From Microcystis aeruginosa NIES-843 (lineage in GTDB: Bacteria; Cyanobacteriota; Cyanobacteriia; Cyanobacteriales; Microcystaceae): DNA of 32,000 bases. The DNA lies in contig NC_010296.1 in assembly GCF_000010625.1 (NCBI RefSeq), positions 570,001-602,000 on the forward strand. The letters run 5' to 3'. The notes below the pieces were generated by a model. That model was not told the DNA's origin, searched no databases, and saw only the letters and a program-made list of their open reading frames with translations. Shown here in pieces: positions 21,910 through 31,268 of this stretch; position 1 is the stretch's first letter, and each line of letters begins with the position of its first letter. The translations under genes were made by a program, and so were the position numbers.

Positions 21910-22887
21910 TCACGCTTTCTTTTTGAAAGGAGTTTTCTTCTTCTTCTGAGCTTTTTGTTTCTCGAAGTCGATTTCCTTGAGCTTCTTGAGAATGCGGCTA
22001 AAGTATTCTTGTAAATAGGATTCTAAAGTAGTTGTTTGACTCGGATCAAGGCCAAATACTTGATAAACTTCTGCCATGGGGGCATCAAGAGCTTGACCAC
22101 TAGCGAGAACTTCCGCAAAAGCTAGTCGGTCGGATATATTATAAGTCCATTGGAAACAACGGCTTATTCCCCGCATAAAACGCAGTAATCCCATGGGTAA
22201 ACGCCAAATTTTCCCCTCTTTACCCGATAAGCGTTCGCAAACTTCGATAATTTCTTCAGCTTTCCAAGCTTTGCTGCCCACCACAGGATAGGATTGACCG
22301 ACGGTTTCGGGGACTTCTAGGGCGCGAACGGCGAATTTAGCGATATCTTGGGTGTCCATGTAGGCGATCGCCGTACTTTCCCCCGTGATCCAGACCGTTT
22401 GATTATCTAACATCGGGATGGCGTATTGACCGATTAACCCCTGCATAAAGCCACAGGGACGCAGAATTGTATATTTTAAACCCGATTCTGCTATAAATTT
22501 CTCGGTACAGCGTTTTATCTCCATCAAAGGCACGTTGGGATATTTTTCGGCATTGAGAATCGAAAAGAAAATAAAGCGATCTACCCCGGCGGTTTTGGCC
22601 GCTTGAATCAGATTAACTTTACCATCCCAATCCACCTGTTTAATGCTGGCCGAGTCCGTCGCCCGGGCAGTAGCGGCATCGATCACCGCATCCATTCCCT
22701 CTAAAGCGGCAATAATGGTACTCTTATCCCGTAGGGTTCCCCCGACTAATTCCGCGCCCCATTCCTTCAAAAAAGCCCCTTTTCTCTGACTGCGTACCAA
22801 ACAACGCACTTGATGTCCCTGATCGATGGCATGACGCACGATCTGTCGCCCTAGGGTTCCCGTCGCACCGACAACTAATACTTTCAT
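21910..22887 (-). CDS. ycf39: Ycf39-like NmrA/atypical SDR protein (photosystem II assembly factor homolog) with Lys-rich tail
   Basis: MKVLVVGATGTLGRQIVRHAIDQGHQVRCLVR is a Rossmann motif. There is extensive similarity to my memory of Synechocystis Slr0399. The C-terminus is KQKAQKKKKTPFKKKA. Confidence 0.8.
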   Translation of the reverse strand: MKVLVVGATGTLGRQIVRHAIDQGHQVRCLVRSQRKGAFLKEWGAELVGGTLRDKSTIIAALEGMDAVIDAATARATDSASIKQVDWDGKVNLIQAAKTAGVDRFIFFSILNAEKYPNVPLMEIKRCTEKFIAESGLKYTILRPCGFMQGLIGQYAIPMLDNQTVWITGESTAIAYMDTQDIAKFAVRALEVPETVGQSYPVVGSKAWKAEEIIEVCERLSGKEGKIWRLPMGLLRFMRGISRCFQWTYNISDRLAFAEVLASGQALDAPMAEVYQVFGLDPSQTTTLESYLQEYFSRILKKLKEIDFEKQKAQKKKKTPFKKKA

Positions 22888-22948
22888 CTATAATTAATTT
22901 TTTGTTACATTTGTTAACACTTCTCTAAGATACTATCAAAAAAGTGGA

Positions 22949-23839
22949 TCATTGGGGATAGAAAAATTCTAAGATTCCCCGATCCCCGTCCAGTTCTACC
23001 ATTGTTCCCACCGGTAAAGCGGCATTATCGCCATCATGACCGAAAGGTAACTCAGCAATAACCGCAATACCCAAATCGCCCAAACGCTCTTTTAACACTT
23101 CCTCTACGGTTTGACTATCACTACCGGAGGCCGCCAGACAACGGCTAAAACGACCGAGAGCAATGCCTTTAATTCGGGAGAAAATGCCCAGCATTCGCCA
23201 CTGAGTTAACATTCGATCGATCCGGTAGGGGGCCTCGGTTACGTCCTCTAGGGCTAAAATTACCCCCTCTAGGGTGGGTTGAACCGAGGTTCCGAGGAGA
23301 TGGGTGGCTACGGTTAAATTAGCTGGTAATAAGCGTCCCCGCACTTTGCCCCCACCCCAACCTTGACCGATAAGAGGGGCTAAAGGACGACCTTCTAGAA
23401 GAGAAAAGAGGCGATCGATTGATTGGGGACTTTCTTGGGCTAAGGTGGTTAAAACTGCCCCGTGAACGCTACAAATGCCCTGTTTCGCTAAACTCCATAA
23501 AATCCCCGTCACGTCGGAAAAACCGATTAACCATTTCGGGTTAGTTTTTGCCCATGTCCAATTTTCTAAGAGGCGAGCGCTACCGTAACCCCCCCTAGCG
23601 CAGAGAATTGCTTGACAATCGGGATCTTGCCATGCTTGGGCTAAAGCTTGACGACGTTGCTCGTCGCTACCAGCGAGATAACCGAGACGATTCGACCAAT
23701 TCTCGCTAAATTCCACTTGATAACCCCTCGATCGCCAGATTTCTACGCCTTTTTCTAGGGCGGCTAATTCCTTGACGGCTCCACTGGTGGCCACCAGAGA
23801 AACTTTAGCACCGGGTTGCAGAAATGATGGGATGATCAT
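22949..23839 (-). CDS. LD-carboxypeptidase (peptidase S66, muramoyl-tetrapeptide carboxypeptidase-like)
   Basis: The layout is typical of S66: ILCARGGYGS, GFSDVT (nucleophile Ser), a glutamate in LEDVTE, and FGH near the C-terminus. Confidence 0.8.
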   Translation of the reverse strand: MIIPSFLQPGAKVSLVATSGAVKELAALEKGVEIWRSRGYQVEFSENWSNRLGYLAGSDEQRRQALAQAWQDPDCQAILCARGGYGSARLLENWTWAKTNPKWLIGFSDVTGILWSLAKQGICSVHGAVLTTLAQESPQSIDRLFSLLEGRPLAPLIGQGWGGGKVRGRLLPANLTVATHLLGTSVQPTLEGVILALEDVTEAPYRIDRMLTQWRMLGIFSRIKGIALGRFSRCLAASGSDSQTVEEVLKERLGDLGIAVIAELPFGHDGDNAALPVGTMVELDGDRGILEFFYPQ

Positions 23840-23897
23840 AGGTTAATTCTCTTTTGTGGGCGGATTAAGCGGAAATTACAGGCAATTTTGTGGCAGC

Positions 23898-24758
23898 ATG
23901 AAAACTGACAGCATATTCTATCGAATGTTTCTCGATTTTCCCGATTCGTTCTTTGAATTAATCGCTCAACCCGATGCTATCGTGAGCAATTATCGATTTA
24001 CTTCCCAAGAAGTTAAACAACTAGCTTTTCGATTGGATGGTTTATTTTTGCCGCTCGATCATCTAGAAAATTCGCCCTTTTATCTGGTAGAAGTGCAGTT
24101 TCAAAAGGATGAAGACCTATATTATCGATTATTTTCGGAACTTTTCTTATATCTTAGACAGTATAAACCTTTGTCACCGTGGCAGATAGTTGTTATTTAT
24201 CCTAGCCGAGAAATTGAACGAGAACATCCCCAGCAATTTGAAGACTTGTTATCCTTGGCCAGGATTAAAAGAATCTATCTGGATGAATTGGCAAATGACG
24301 AGACTCCTTCTTTAGCGATCGCCCTGATCAAATTGGTCACGGAAAGTGAGAGTCAAGCTGTTAATTCTGCTAAGATTTTAATTAAACAGGCTCAAAGAGA
24401 AGTGAGCGATCGCTTAGTGCAGAAAAATGTCATTGATTTAATCGAAACGATCATCATTTATAAGTTACCCCAAAAAAGTCGAGAGGAAATTGAAGCTATG
24501 TTGGAACTACAAGACCTAAAACAAACTCGTTTCTATCAAGAAGCTTTTGGAGATGGAATTGAACAGGGAATTGAACAGGGAATTGAACAGGGAATTGAAC
24601 AGGGAATTGAACAGGGAATTGAACGGGGAATAAACTTGCAAAAATTGAAAACAATTCCTCTACTGCAAGACCTCGGTTTAACCCCGCAACAAATCTCGGA
24701 ACGCTTAGACTTGACTCTGGAAACAGTGCTTAACTATTTGGCACAACAGCAACAATGA
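23898..24758 (+). CDS. Rpn-family recombination-promoting nuclease / putative transposase (DUF2887-like, PD-(D/E)XK)
   Basis: The N-terminus, MKTDSIFYRMFLDFPDSFFELI, is characteristic of this cyanobacterial family. I place the start at the ATG at 23898, whereas the ORF track starts at an upstream GTG at 23856. It contains an in-frame (GIEQ)x6 repeat. Confidence 0.7.
   Translation: MKTDSIFYRMFLDFPDSFFELIAQPDAIVSNYRFTSQEVKQLAFRLDGLFLPLDHLENSPFYLVEVQFQKDEDLYYRLFSELFLYLRQYKPLSPWQIVVIYPSREIEREHPQQFEDLLSLARIKRIYLDELANDETPSLAIALIKLVTESESQAVNSAKILIKQAQREVSDRLVQKNVIDLIETIIIYKLPQKSREEIEAMLELQDLKQTRFYQEAFGDGIEQGIEQGIEQGIEQGIEQGIERGINLQKLKTIPLLQDLGLTPQQISERLDLTLETVLNYLAQQQQ
24555..24626 (+). repeat. In-frame 12-bp tandem repeat GGAATTGAACAG x6 (last unit GGAATTGAACGG)
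   Basis: Read directly. It encodes GIEQGIEQGIEQGIEQGIEQGIER. Confidence 0.95.
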
Positions 24759-24834
24759 TCAATCCTGTTTCAACAGTCTAGAAAAGCATCAATAGTAGTG
24801 AATCAGTGACCTTTAAGCTATCAGGGATAACTCG

Positions 24835-24945
24835 ATGAATAACGACTTATTGACTTTTCTCTTTTGTGTTGCCCTTCTTATTCTCTATCTATTTTTTTCA
24901 GCTTTAACCGAGATGGGAACAAAATGGCCTTGGACAAAAAAATAA
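24835..24945 (+). CDS. Possible 36-aa single-TM peptide (not in ORF track)
   Basis: ATG..TAA encodes MNNDLLTFLFCVALLILYLFFSALTEMGTKWPWTKK. It has a hydrophobic core and a basic tail. There is no other support. Confidence 0.2.
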   Translation: MNNDLLTFLFCVALLILYLFFSALTEMGTKWPWTKK

Positions 24946-25059
24946 GAGAAATACTTATAGATGTAAATAAACATAAAATCGGGTCAGGGACTCGGTCATT
25001 GGAAAAATTCTAGAGATTTGCTATCTAAACAATTAACTCGATCGCTCTACTGATAAAAT

Positions 25060-25260
25060 ATGAAACTAATTGGTGATATTTCCCCGAGCTTGGATTTATT
25101 CTTGTTGCTTTTTTTCTGGCATTGTCTCATCGGTGGCATTGCTACAGTCATCGCTATCAATAAAGGCTATCCAAGATTAAATTGGCTAATCTTCGGACTT
25201 CTGGGAGGGACTTTTACCTTTTTTATCGCTCTTTTCCTGAAAAAAAAGCCCAAAATTTAA
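25060..25260 (+). CDS. Small two-TM membrane protein (66 aa)
   Basis: It has two hydrophobic helices and a KKKPKI tail. No family was recognised. Confidence 0.4.
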   Translation: MKLIGDISPSLDLFLLLFFWHCLIGGIATVIAINKGYPRLNWLIFGLLGGTFTFFIALFLKKKPKI

Positions 25261-25277
25261 GGGATGGTATTGCTTGA

Positions 25278-25778
25278 TTATTCTTTAATAGTTCCCATCA
25301 ACACCTCTAAATCTTCTGCGTCTAACTCCTCTGGGATACCATTGCGAATTAATTCCGAAAAATCCTCATTAGGAACCATAAAACATAGTGCATAAAGTCT
25401 TCCGTCCCCCACATTTCTAATCTCGTGAATACCCGTGGGACGGACTAATAAACTATCCCCCGGCCCCAGGGGAATCGGTTTACCATCACAGATAGCCATT
25501 CCTTCCCCTTTGAGGATAAAAAACATTTCTACGGCAAAATGATGACGATGGGTAGGGGTGCGACCGTGGGGATCGAAAATTTCCACACAAACGGTCAAGG
25601 AATCCCCCGCTACGGTAGAATCGAAGACGATCGCTAAACGATTCGTATCCCCAGCACTAATGCGAAAAACTTGATAATCCCGGGGAGATCGAATCACGGG
25701 TAACATACAATGATCGCTAGTTAGTTGGCTATTCATCGCTGATTTCGATCGAAGTGTGGATGATTCTAAGACTAGCAA
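25278..25778 (-). CDS. Cupin domain protein
   Basis: The cupin motifs are GRTPTHRHHFAVEMFFILKGEG and GDSLLVRPTGIHEIRN. The start is uncertain, and the internal Met at 25736 is an alternative. Confidence 0.7.
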   Translation of the reverse strand: MLVLESSTLRSKSAMNSQLTSDHCMLPVIRSPRDYQVFRISAGDTNRLAIVFDSTVAGDSLTVCVEIFDPHGRTPTHRHHFAVEMFFILKGEGMAICDGKPIPLGPGDSLLVRPTGIHEIRNVGDGRLYALCFMVPNEDFSELIRNGIPEELDAEDLEVLMGTIKE

Positions 25779-25784
25779 AAATTT

Positions 25785-26627
25785 TCAACTTCGCTCGATT
25801 GCGTCCACCACTTTACTCACATCTACGATCGCAGCCACATCATGGACGCGCAGGATATCGGCCCCCTTAGCGATCGCTAAAGCACAGGCCGCCGCCGTTC
25901 CGAAAACTCGTTCTTTTGGGTCATCTTTGCCTGTAATCTCGCCGATAAAGCGTTTTCTCGACAATCCAATTAAAATAGGTAAATCTAAATCCCGAAATTG
26001 CCCTAATTCTCGCAATAACTCAAGATTTTGTGTCCCAGTTTTGGCGAAACCAATCCCCGGATCGATGATAATATTTTCCCTAGCAATGCCCCACTGTAAA
26101 GCTTCCTTAACGCGATTCTGTAAAAATTCTTTAATTTCCTTGACTAAATCATCATAATGTGTTATGGATTGCATCGTTTGCGGATTGCCCCGCAGGTGCA
26201 TGAGGATGATGGGAACGGCCAATTTAGCCACCGTGGGCAATAATAGGCGATCGAAGGTTCCCCCAGAAATATCATTGATCAAATCGGCCCCGGCGGCGAT
26301 ACCTTGGGCTGCCACGATCGCCCGGGTAGTATCGAGAGAGATAGGAATAGAACTTTGTTGTCGAATAGCGGTGATTACGGGGATAACTCGCGATAATTCT
26401 GCTTCTAGGCTAATTTCTTCGGCTCCCGGACGGCTGGATTGACCACCGATATCGATTATATCAGCCCCGGCCTCGATCATTTTCATCGCCTGTAGCAGGG
26501 CATTTTCAACATTGTCAAATTCTCCCCCATCACTAAAACTATCGGGAGTAACGTTTAAAACACCCATGATATAGGTGCGTTTTCCCCAAGCAAAAATATG
26601 TTCACGAATTGCCGTTAAACTAGACAT
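25785..26627 (-). CDS. folP: Dihydropteroate synthase
   Basis: GVLNVTPDSFSDGG, DIIDIGGQSSRPG, SLDT, INDISGG, DPGIGFAKT and LIGLSRKRF are all present. Confidence 0.9.
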   Translation of the reverse strand: MSSLTAIREHIFAWGKRTYIMGVLNVTPDSFSDGGEFDNVENALLQAMKMIEAGADIIDIGGQSSRPGAEEISLEAELSRVIPVITAIRQQSSIPISLDTTRAIVAAQGIAAGADLINDISGGTFDRLLLPTVAKLAVPIILMHLRGNPQTMQSITHYDDLVKEIKEFLQNRVKEALQWGIARENIIIDPGIGFAKTGTQNLELLRELGQFRDLDLPILIGLSRKRFIGEITGKDDPKERVFGTAAACALAIAKGADILRVHDVAAIVDVSKVVDAIERS

Positions 26628-26774
26628 AATACTAAATCCGTTGAGTATAGGCTACATATCAGGAGAGGCACTCATGCACTCATGCACTCATGCAAAAGGG
26701 AGAATAAATAAAAATAATCTCCTGACTCCTGAATACTGGCTCCTGACTCCTAACTCCTGAATACTGAATACTGA
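26628..26774 (+). repeat. Composite repeat filling the intergenic region: AATACTAAATCCGTTGAGTA box, ACTCATGC x3, 28-nt core, CTCCTGA/ATACTGA heptamers x7
   Basis: Read directly. Its components recur at 3490..3590, 12418..12472 and 20041..20082. Confidence 0.85.
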
Positions 26775-26783
26775 TGGTCATAG

Positions 26784-27581
26784 TTAATTTTTAGGTAGAG
26801 AAGAATCTTTTAATTCAAAATAAGCTTGTACTTCTTCTTTCCAGAGTTGATATTTTTCTTGAATTAGTTGATATTGACTGGCAAAATCGAGGGGCAAATC
26901 AACGAGATTGGTATCGATATCGGATTTCACTAATTCCCGTTCGATCAGGGTTTCTCGGATAAATTTTAAACATTCTTGTCTCAAAGTTTCCGCTTGATCA
27001 ATAATTAGCTGGACTTGATTAATTGCTCGATCGTACAATGGGGTTTGTGAATGAAAAATTTCGGAAGATGCGGCCAGATTTCGCAGTCTATGTAATTGAT
27101 TTTTCTTTTCTACTAAACTGGCAATTTTGGGGTTAATTTCAAAAAGTAAGGTTTTCACCAGAGGAGCCAAGCGGCGAGTGTTAGTATAATCGTAGTTATT
27201 AAGGTCTGATTTAATCAGGTGTACCTGTTGTAAATCGACGGTAATATCGTGGAATTGTATCTCGGTTTCGGTGATGGTGGGATGAATCGTTTTAACTTTC
27301 CAAGTAGTAATAGAAGTCAACTGCTGGCGATCACTATTAACCATTTGCCGCTCCATTTTCAGCACATCAAGGGGAATACTATAAAGTTTTTTATCGGGAA
27401 TATAGATGACATCACTACCGAGAATGCGATCAATTTTAGGACGACGATATAAATAATGATACAGGAATCGATAAAAGCTTTTACTGCCTTGAAATATCTG
27501 GACAAATAACCAAATTTTCCAGCTGAATAACCCGCTGACAAAGCGTCCGAATAGATGGGAATTCGAGGAGGGGTTATTCAT
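26784..27581 (-). CDS. Hypothetical protein (265 aa) with N-terminal hydrophobic segment and C-terminal helical region
   Basis: A long ORF with a clean ATG, bounded on both sides by repeat-filled spacers. No family was recognised. Confidence 0.5.
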   Translation of the reverse strand: MNNPSSNSHLFGRFVSGLFSWKIWLFVQIFQGSKSFYRFLYHYLYRRPKIDRILGSDVIYIPDKKLYSIPLDVLKMERQMVNSDRQQLTSITTWKVKTIHPTITETEIQFHDITVDLQQVHLIKSDLNNYDYTNTRRLAPLVKTLLFEINPKIASLVEKKNQLHRLRNLAASSEIFHSQTPLYDRAINQVQLIIDQAETLRQECLKFIRETLIERELVKSDIDTNLVDLPLDFASQYQLIQEKYQLWKEEVQAYFELKDSSLPKN

Positions 27582-27709
27582 GAAATTCCGTTATCAGTTA
27601 TCAGTGAGGGATTCGGGGTTTGGTTCTTTTCAGTGAGCGGTAAATAGTAAACAGTAATCAGGGATAAAGATGAAGATAACTAACTAACTAATTAACTTAA
27701 AACTTACAT

Positions 27710-27744
27710 CTGATAACTGATAACTGATCACTGATCACTGATTA
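27710..27744. repeat. Heptamer array (CTGATAA)2 (CTGATCA)2 CTGATTA ending in the stop codon of the upstream gene
   Basis: Five in-phase units. The stop TAA (27742..27744) is the last 3 nt of the array. A CAGTAAN-type half-array lies at about 27585..27662. Confidence 0.9.
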
Positions 27745-28401
27745 AGGACGTTCTCCGGGTAGATTTTTTGACGATGTTGGTTTCGATCTTACCTGTTGAC
27801 GACCGTTGCGAATAACTTGTAACATTTCCCCTAATTCTCGATCGAGATGTTCTAAAACCGCTTCGGCATAGTCGTCAGCGCCTTTTTGAATTTCATGACA
27901 TTCAGCTTGGGTTTTTTGTCGTAACTGTTGCACTTCCTGCAAGGTGCTGTGACGCATCTGTTCGATTTCATCGAGGGTTTGTTGTTGCAAGGATTCACAC
28001 TCCTGCTGAACCCGTTGACGAATTTGGGCCGCTTGCCGTTCTGCTTGTTGAATAATACCGGACTCATCGAGAATTTGGGCGGCTCTTTGTTGAGCGGAAC
28101 GAAGGACTTGTTGAGCGTATTCCTCCGCTTTAGTGATAATTTCCTGTTCTTCCTGCAAAATTGCCAAAGCTTTCTGTACTGCTGGTGGCACGGTTTCATA
28201 GATGAGATCGATCTGTTCGGATATCTGTCCCTCATCGATGATTGTCCAACGGGTGAGGGGGATATGGAAACTATCAAAAATCATCTCTTGCAGACGCGCC
28301 AAATCCTGATAGATATCGAAATCGACGGGTGGACTGGGAACCCCACTATTAGAAGTGTTAGGTACTGCTTTTCTGCGATCATTAGGTTCTCGGCGCGCCA
28401 T
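27742..28401 (-). CDS. DivIVA-like coiled-coil protein (Cdv3-like, tentative)
   Basis: LARLQEMIFDSFHIPLTRWTIIDEGQISEQIDLI is followed by a long Q/E/R-rich coiled coil. This resembles the cyanobacterial DivIVA-domain proteins I remember. The family call is tentative. Confidence 0.5.
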   Translation of the reverse strand: MARREPNDRRKAVPNTSNSGVPSPPVDFDIYQDLARLQEMIFDSFHIPLTRWTIIDEGQISEQIDLIYETVPPAVQKALAILQEEQEIITKAEEYAQQVLRSAQQRAAQILDESGIIQQAERQAAQIRQRVQQECESLQQQTLDEIEQMRHSTLQEVQQLRQKTQAECHEIQKGADDYAEAVLEHLDRELGEMLQVIRNGRQQVRSKPTSSKNLPGERP

Positions 28402-28437
28402 AGGTTCAGATCGTCCTCATTGCTGTATTCTAGTATG

Positions 28438-28911
28438 TTAACTGTAGTATGAGTAAATATCTCTAGAAACGTTTTCTGGGACTAGATGGGTGACGGAGCC
28501 ACCGAATTGAGCGATTTCTTTAACCACGCTACTACTTAAAAAACTATATTCTTTGGTGGTGGCTAAAAAAACCGTTTCGATCCCTTCCCAGAGGGTTTTA
28601 TTGGTATGTGCCATTTGCAGTTCTTTTTCAAAGTCTGAGAGGACCCGCAACCCCCGCAACAGCACCTTAGCGCCTTTCAATCTGGCATATTCAACCGTCA
28701 ATCCTGAAAAACTGTCTATCTCAACGTTTTTCAGGTGTTTTGTACAGTAACTGATCTGTTCTATGCGTTTTTCGACGGTAAATAAGGGGTTTTTATGGGG
28801 ATTGCAAAGAACTGCCACGATTACTCGCTCGAATAGTGGCACACTGCGTTCGATAATATCTAAATGACCGAGTGTAACTGGATCGAAGCTGCCGGGGTAG
28901 ATGGCGATCAT
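28438..28911 (-). CDS. coaD: Phosphopantetheine adenylyltransferase
   Basis: [23 protein letters not shown] (the T/HxGH motif) and ISSSVVKEI-type C-terminal motifs are present. Confidence 0.9.
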
Positions 28912-29192
28912 TTCTCAACCTGCACACCTCGCCAAAAAGCGATATATCCTTTGATATTTTGGGCTTTTGGTTTAGGATCGGGATAATACCAAGCGGCATC
29001 TTTATTGTCCTGTCCATTTACCCTGAGAGTATAATAACTAGCCTCTCCCTTCCAAGAACAAATGGTATGGGTGTTACTGGATTGAAAATATTCAGCTTTG
29101 ATGGTATCGGGGGGAAAATAGTAGTTTCCCTCGACAATTTCGCAGTTATCGCTTTCGGCTACCACTGCACCATTCCAAATCGCCTTTGCCAT
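28908..29192 (-). CDS. DUF427 domain protein (short form, 94 aa)
   Basis: [24 protein letters not shown] and YIAFW are present. It overlaps the coaD start by 4 bp (ATGA). Confidence 0.7.
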
Positions 29193-29225
29193 GGCACTAA
29201 CTCCTAGTTCTGGTTCAAAATTATC

Positions 29226-29543
29226 TTACAACAGAGTTTGTAAATGTTGAACCAGTTGGTTAACCTGCACCACTCCCTCGATTCGATCGATCGGTTGACC
29301 ATTTTTAAAGACTACTAAAGTCGGTAAAGCTTGAATACCGTACTTAGTGGCTAAATTAGGATATTTGTCTGTATCAATTTTGACAATTTGTAGGCGATTT
29401 TTGAAATACATTCCCGTTTGTTCTAGAATCGGAGCCATCATTTGACAAGGACCGCACCAAGTGGCATAGAAATCCACTAACACGGGGAGATTAGTGGATT
29501 GCAACAGTTCCTGAAAACTGGAAAACTCTTTTTTGACTGCCAT
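29226..29543 (-). CDS. Thioredoxin
   Basis: The WCGPC active site lies in VLVDFYATWCGPCQMMAPIL. The protein is 105 aa with a cis-Pro context (ALPTLVVF). Confidence 0.9.
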   Translation of the reverse strand: MAVKKEFSSFQELLQSTNLPVLVDFYATWCGPCQMMAPILEQTGMYFKNRLQIVKIDTDKYPNLATKYGIQALPTLVVFKNGQPIDRIEGVVQVNQLVQHLQTLL

Positions 29544-29675
29544 AAATTGTCACCTCGCCAGAAAAATAGCCTTTTTCCTACTATAGCTTTTCTAGATGTT
29601 CCTTGATTTCTCCAGAGTGGTCATCGATCACTGGGAAAATGCTAAGTTAGGTAAAGACTCGACAGCCAACTCTCC

Positions 29676-30521
29676 ATGAACATCCTAACCAAGCTGCTTT
29701 TTCCCGAAACTAAAACTCCAGAGCAAGTAGGTTCGCCGCGAGTACAGAAAAGCCGCCGGGGAATCGAGACTAAATCCGCCGCCGAAATCGTGATTATGCG
29801 ACAAGCGGGTAAAATTGCCGCCACAGTCCTTAAGGAAATTGCCGAGATCGCTCAACCCGGGATGACGACGGCGGATTTGGATGCCTATGCGGAACAACGT
29901 ATCCGCGAAATGGGTGCTACTCCCAGTTTTAAAGGTTATTATGGCTTTCCTGCCTCGATTTGTGCCTCCGTCGATAACGAAGTCGTTCACGGTATCCCTA
30001 GCCCGAAAAAACGCCTCAAAGCCGGTTCTGTGTTAAAGGTAGATACGGGGGCCTACTACCAAGGTTATCATGGGGATTCCTGTATCACGATCGCGATCGG
30101 TTCCGTCTCTCCAAAAACCGAAAAATTAATCTGCGTGGCGGAAGAAGCTTTATATAAAGGCATAAATCAGGTAAAAGCGGGCAATTATCTGCTCGATATT
30201 GCGGGAGCGATCGAAGATCACGTTCAAGCTAACGGTTTCCAGGTGGTAGAAGATTTTACTGGTCATGGAGTCGGCAGAAATCTCCACGAAGAACCCTCGG
30301 TATTTAATTTTCGCACTAATCAGTTACCCAATGTCAAACTCCGCACCGGGATGACTCTGGCAATTGAACCAATTGTCAACGCGGGATCTAAACATACCAG
30401 AACTTTGCGCGATCGTTGGACGGTGGTGACGATGGATAATGCTCTCTCCGCTCAGTTTGAGCATACTGTCTTAGTAACCGCCACGGGGTACGAAATCTTA
30501 ACCGAGCGCAATAACCTATAA
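29676..30521 (+). CDS. map: Type I methionine aminopeptidase
   Basis: VVHGIP, the metal ligands in [27 protein letters not shown] and FEHTV are all present. Confidence 0.9.
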   Translation: MNILTKLLFPETKTPEQVGSPRVQKSRRGIETKSAAEIVIMRQAGKIAATVLKEIAEIAQPGMTTADLDAYAEQRIREMGATPSFKGYYGFPASICASVDNEVVHGIPSPKKRLKAGSVLKVDTGAYYQGYHGDSCITIAIGSVSPKTEKLICVAEEALYKGINQVKAGNYLLDIAGAIEDHVQANGFQVVEDFTGHGVGRNLHEEPSVFNFRTNQLPNVKLRTGMTLAIEPIVNAGSKHTRTLRDRWTVVTMDNALSAQFEHTVLVTATGYEILTERNNL

Positions 30522-30611
30522 AATTGTCTATCTAGGCATAATGGCAGAATCAAAGATTTTTTGCTCCGGAATCTTAATTGGAAGTTTGTTTAGCGGCAGG
30601 ATTTAGTCAAA

Positions 30612-31013
30612 ATGTTTAAAAATATCGTTGTTGCCTTAGATTGTGGGGAATTATCGGATCGAGTCCTTGATTCCTTGAATTCCCTTTCTCTAACGGCAAA
30701 TTCTTGCCTCATCCTCACCCATATCCTCGGCAAGGAGGGAGATGAATCGCCAGTTGATCGCCCTCACCCCTCCCGTGAGATCATTGAAGATCAATTGCGC
30801 TGCTATCAATCCCAGATTGCTGCCCCTAGTGAAATCGAGGTCATCTTTGGTGATCCAGCGGAGGAAATTATTCGTTTAGCTAATATCTATCATGCTGATC
30901 TGATCGTGATCGGCAGCCGGGGATTAACGGGAGTTCAACGGGTGATCGAAGATTCTGTTAGTAGTCTCGTGGTGGCAGAAGCTACCTGTTCAGTATTGGT
31001 GGTAAAAGCATAG
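30612..31013 (+). CDS. Universal stress protein family (UspA domain)
   Basis: IVVALD at the N-terminus, DLIVIGSRG..G......GSVS and VLVV at the C-terminus match the UspA layout. Confidence 0.7.
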   Translation: MFKNIVVALDCGELSDRVLDSLNSLSLTANSCLILTHILGKEGDESPVDRPHPSREIIEDQLRCYQSQIAAPSEIEVIFGDPAEEIIRLANIYHADLIVIGSRGLTGVQRVIEDSVSSLVVAEATCSVLVVKA

Positions 31014-31061
31014 CAGCCAGCATTCAGCTAGAAAAGGTACTCTGGCAAGAGTGCCTAAGTA

Positions 31062-31268
31062 GGGTTGGCTGAATAAATCTAAAAACCTTGTTAGATAAGG
31101 CTTTTAGACTTTTTTGACCTCAAAAAGTGCTGACCATTGGAGTGATCGGGGGTAAAATTCTGGGACTTTTTCCCTGAAAATTAGGTAACTTACTACCTCA
31201 AAATCGGTAAAACCCCACACCCCACACCCCACACCCTGCACCCACGAAAAACTTTTTGCCGCAAACCC
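31062..31268. mobile_element. 207-bp MITE, non-autonomous derivative of the IS at 899..2580, with 6-bp TSD TAAGTA
   Basis: The left end, GGGTTGGCTGAATAAATCTAAAAACCTT, matches the reverse complement of the IS right end (GGGTTTGCTGAATAAATCTAAAAACCTT). The reverse complement of the right end, GGGTTTGCGGCAAAAAG, matches the IS left end. TAAGTA occurs at 31056..31061 and 31269..31274. CCCCACA heptamers lie internally at 31213..31243. Confidence 0.75.

Noticed and set aside
23898-24758. Rpn-family gene as an active transposon
   Set aside because: I found no terminal inverted repeats or target duplication around it. It sits divergently next to a housekeeping LD-carboxypeptidase gene.
25756-26442. 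ORFs 25756..26157 (+) and 26164..26442 (+) antisense to folP
   Set aside because: folP is unambiguous, with multiple DHPS motifs. The antisense translations have no recognisable motifs.
27852-28452. ORFs 27928..28452 (+, 174 aa) and 27852..28277 (-, 141 aa)
   Set aside because: Both overlap the DivIVA-like coiled-coil gene. Repetitive Q/E/R codons keep the other frames open, and neither has independent features such as an RBS or a motif.
29642-29990. ORFs 29642..29824 (-) and 29685..29990 (-)
   Set aside because: They are antisense to the clearly identified methionine aminopeptidase gene.
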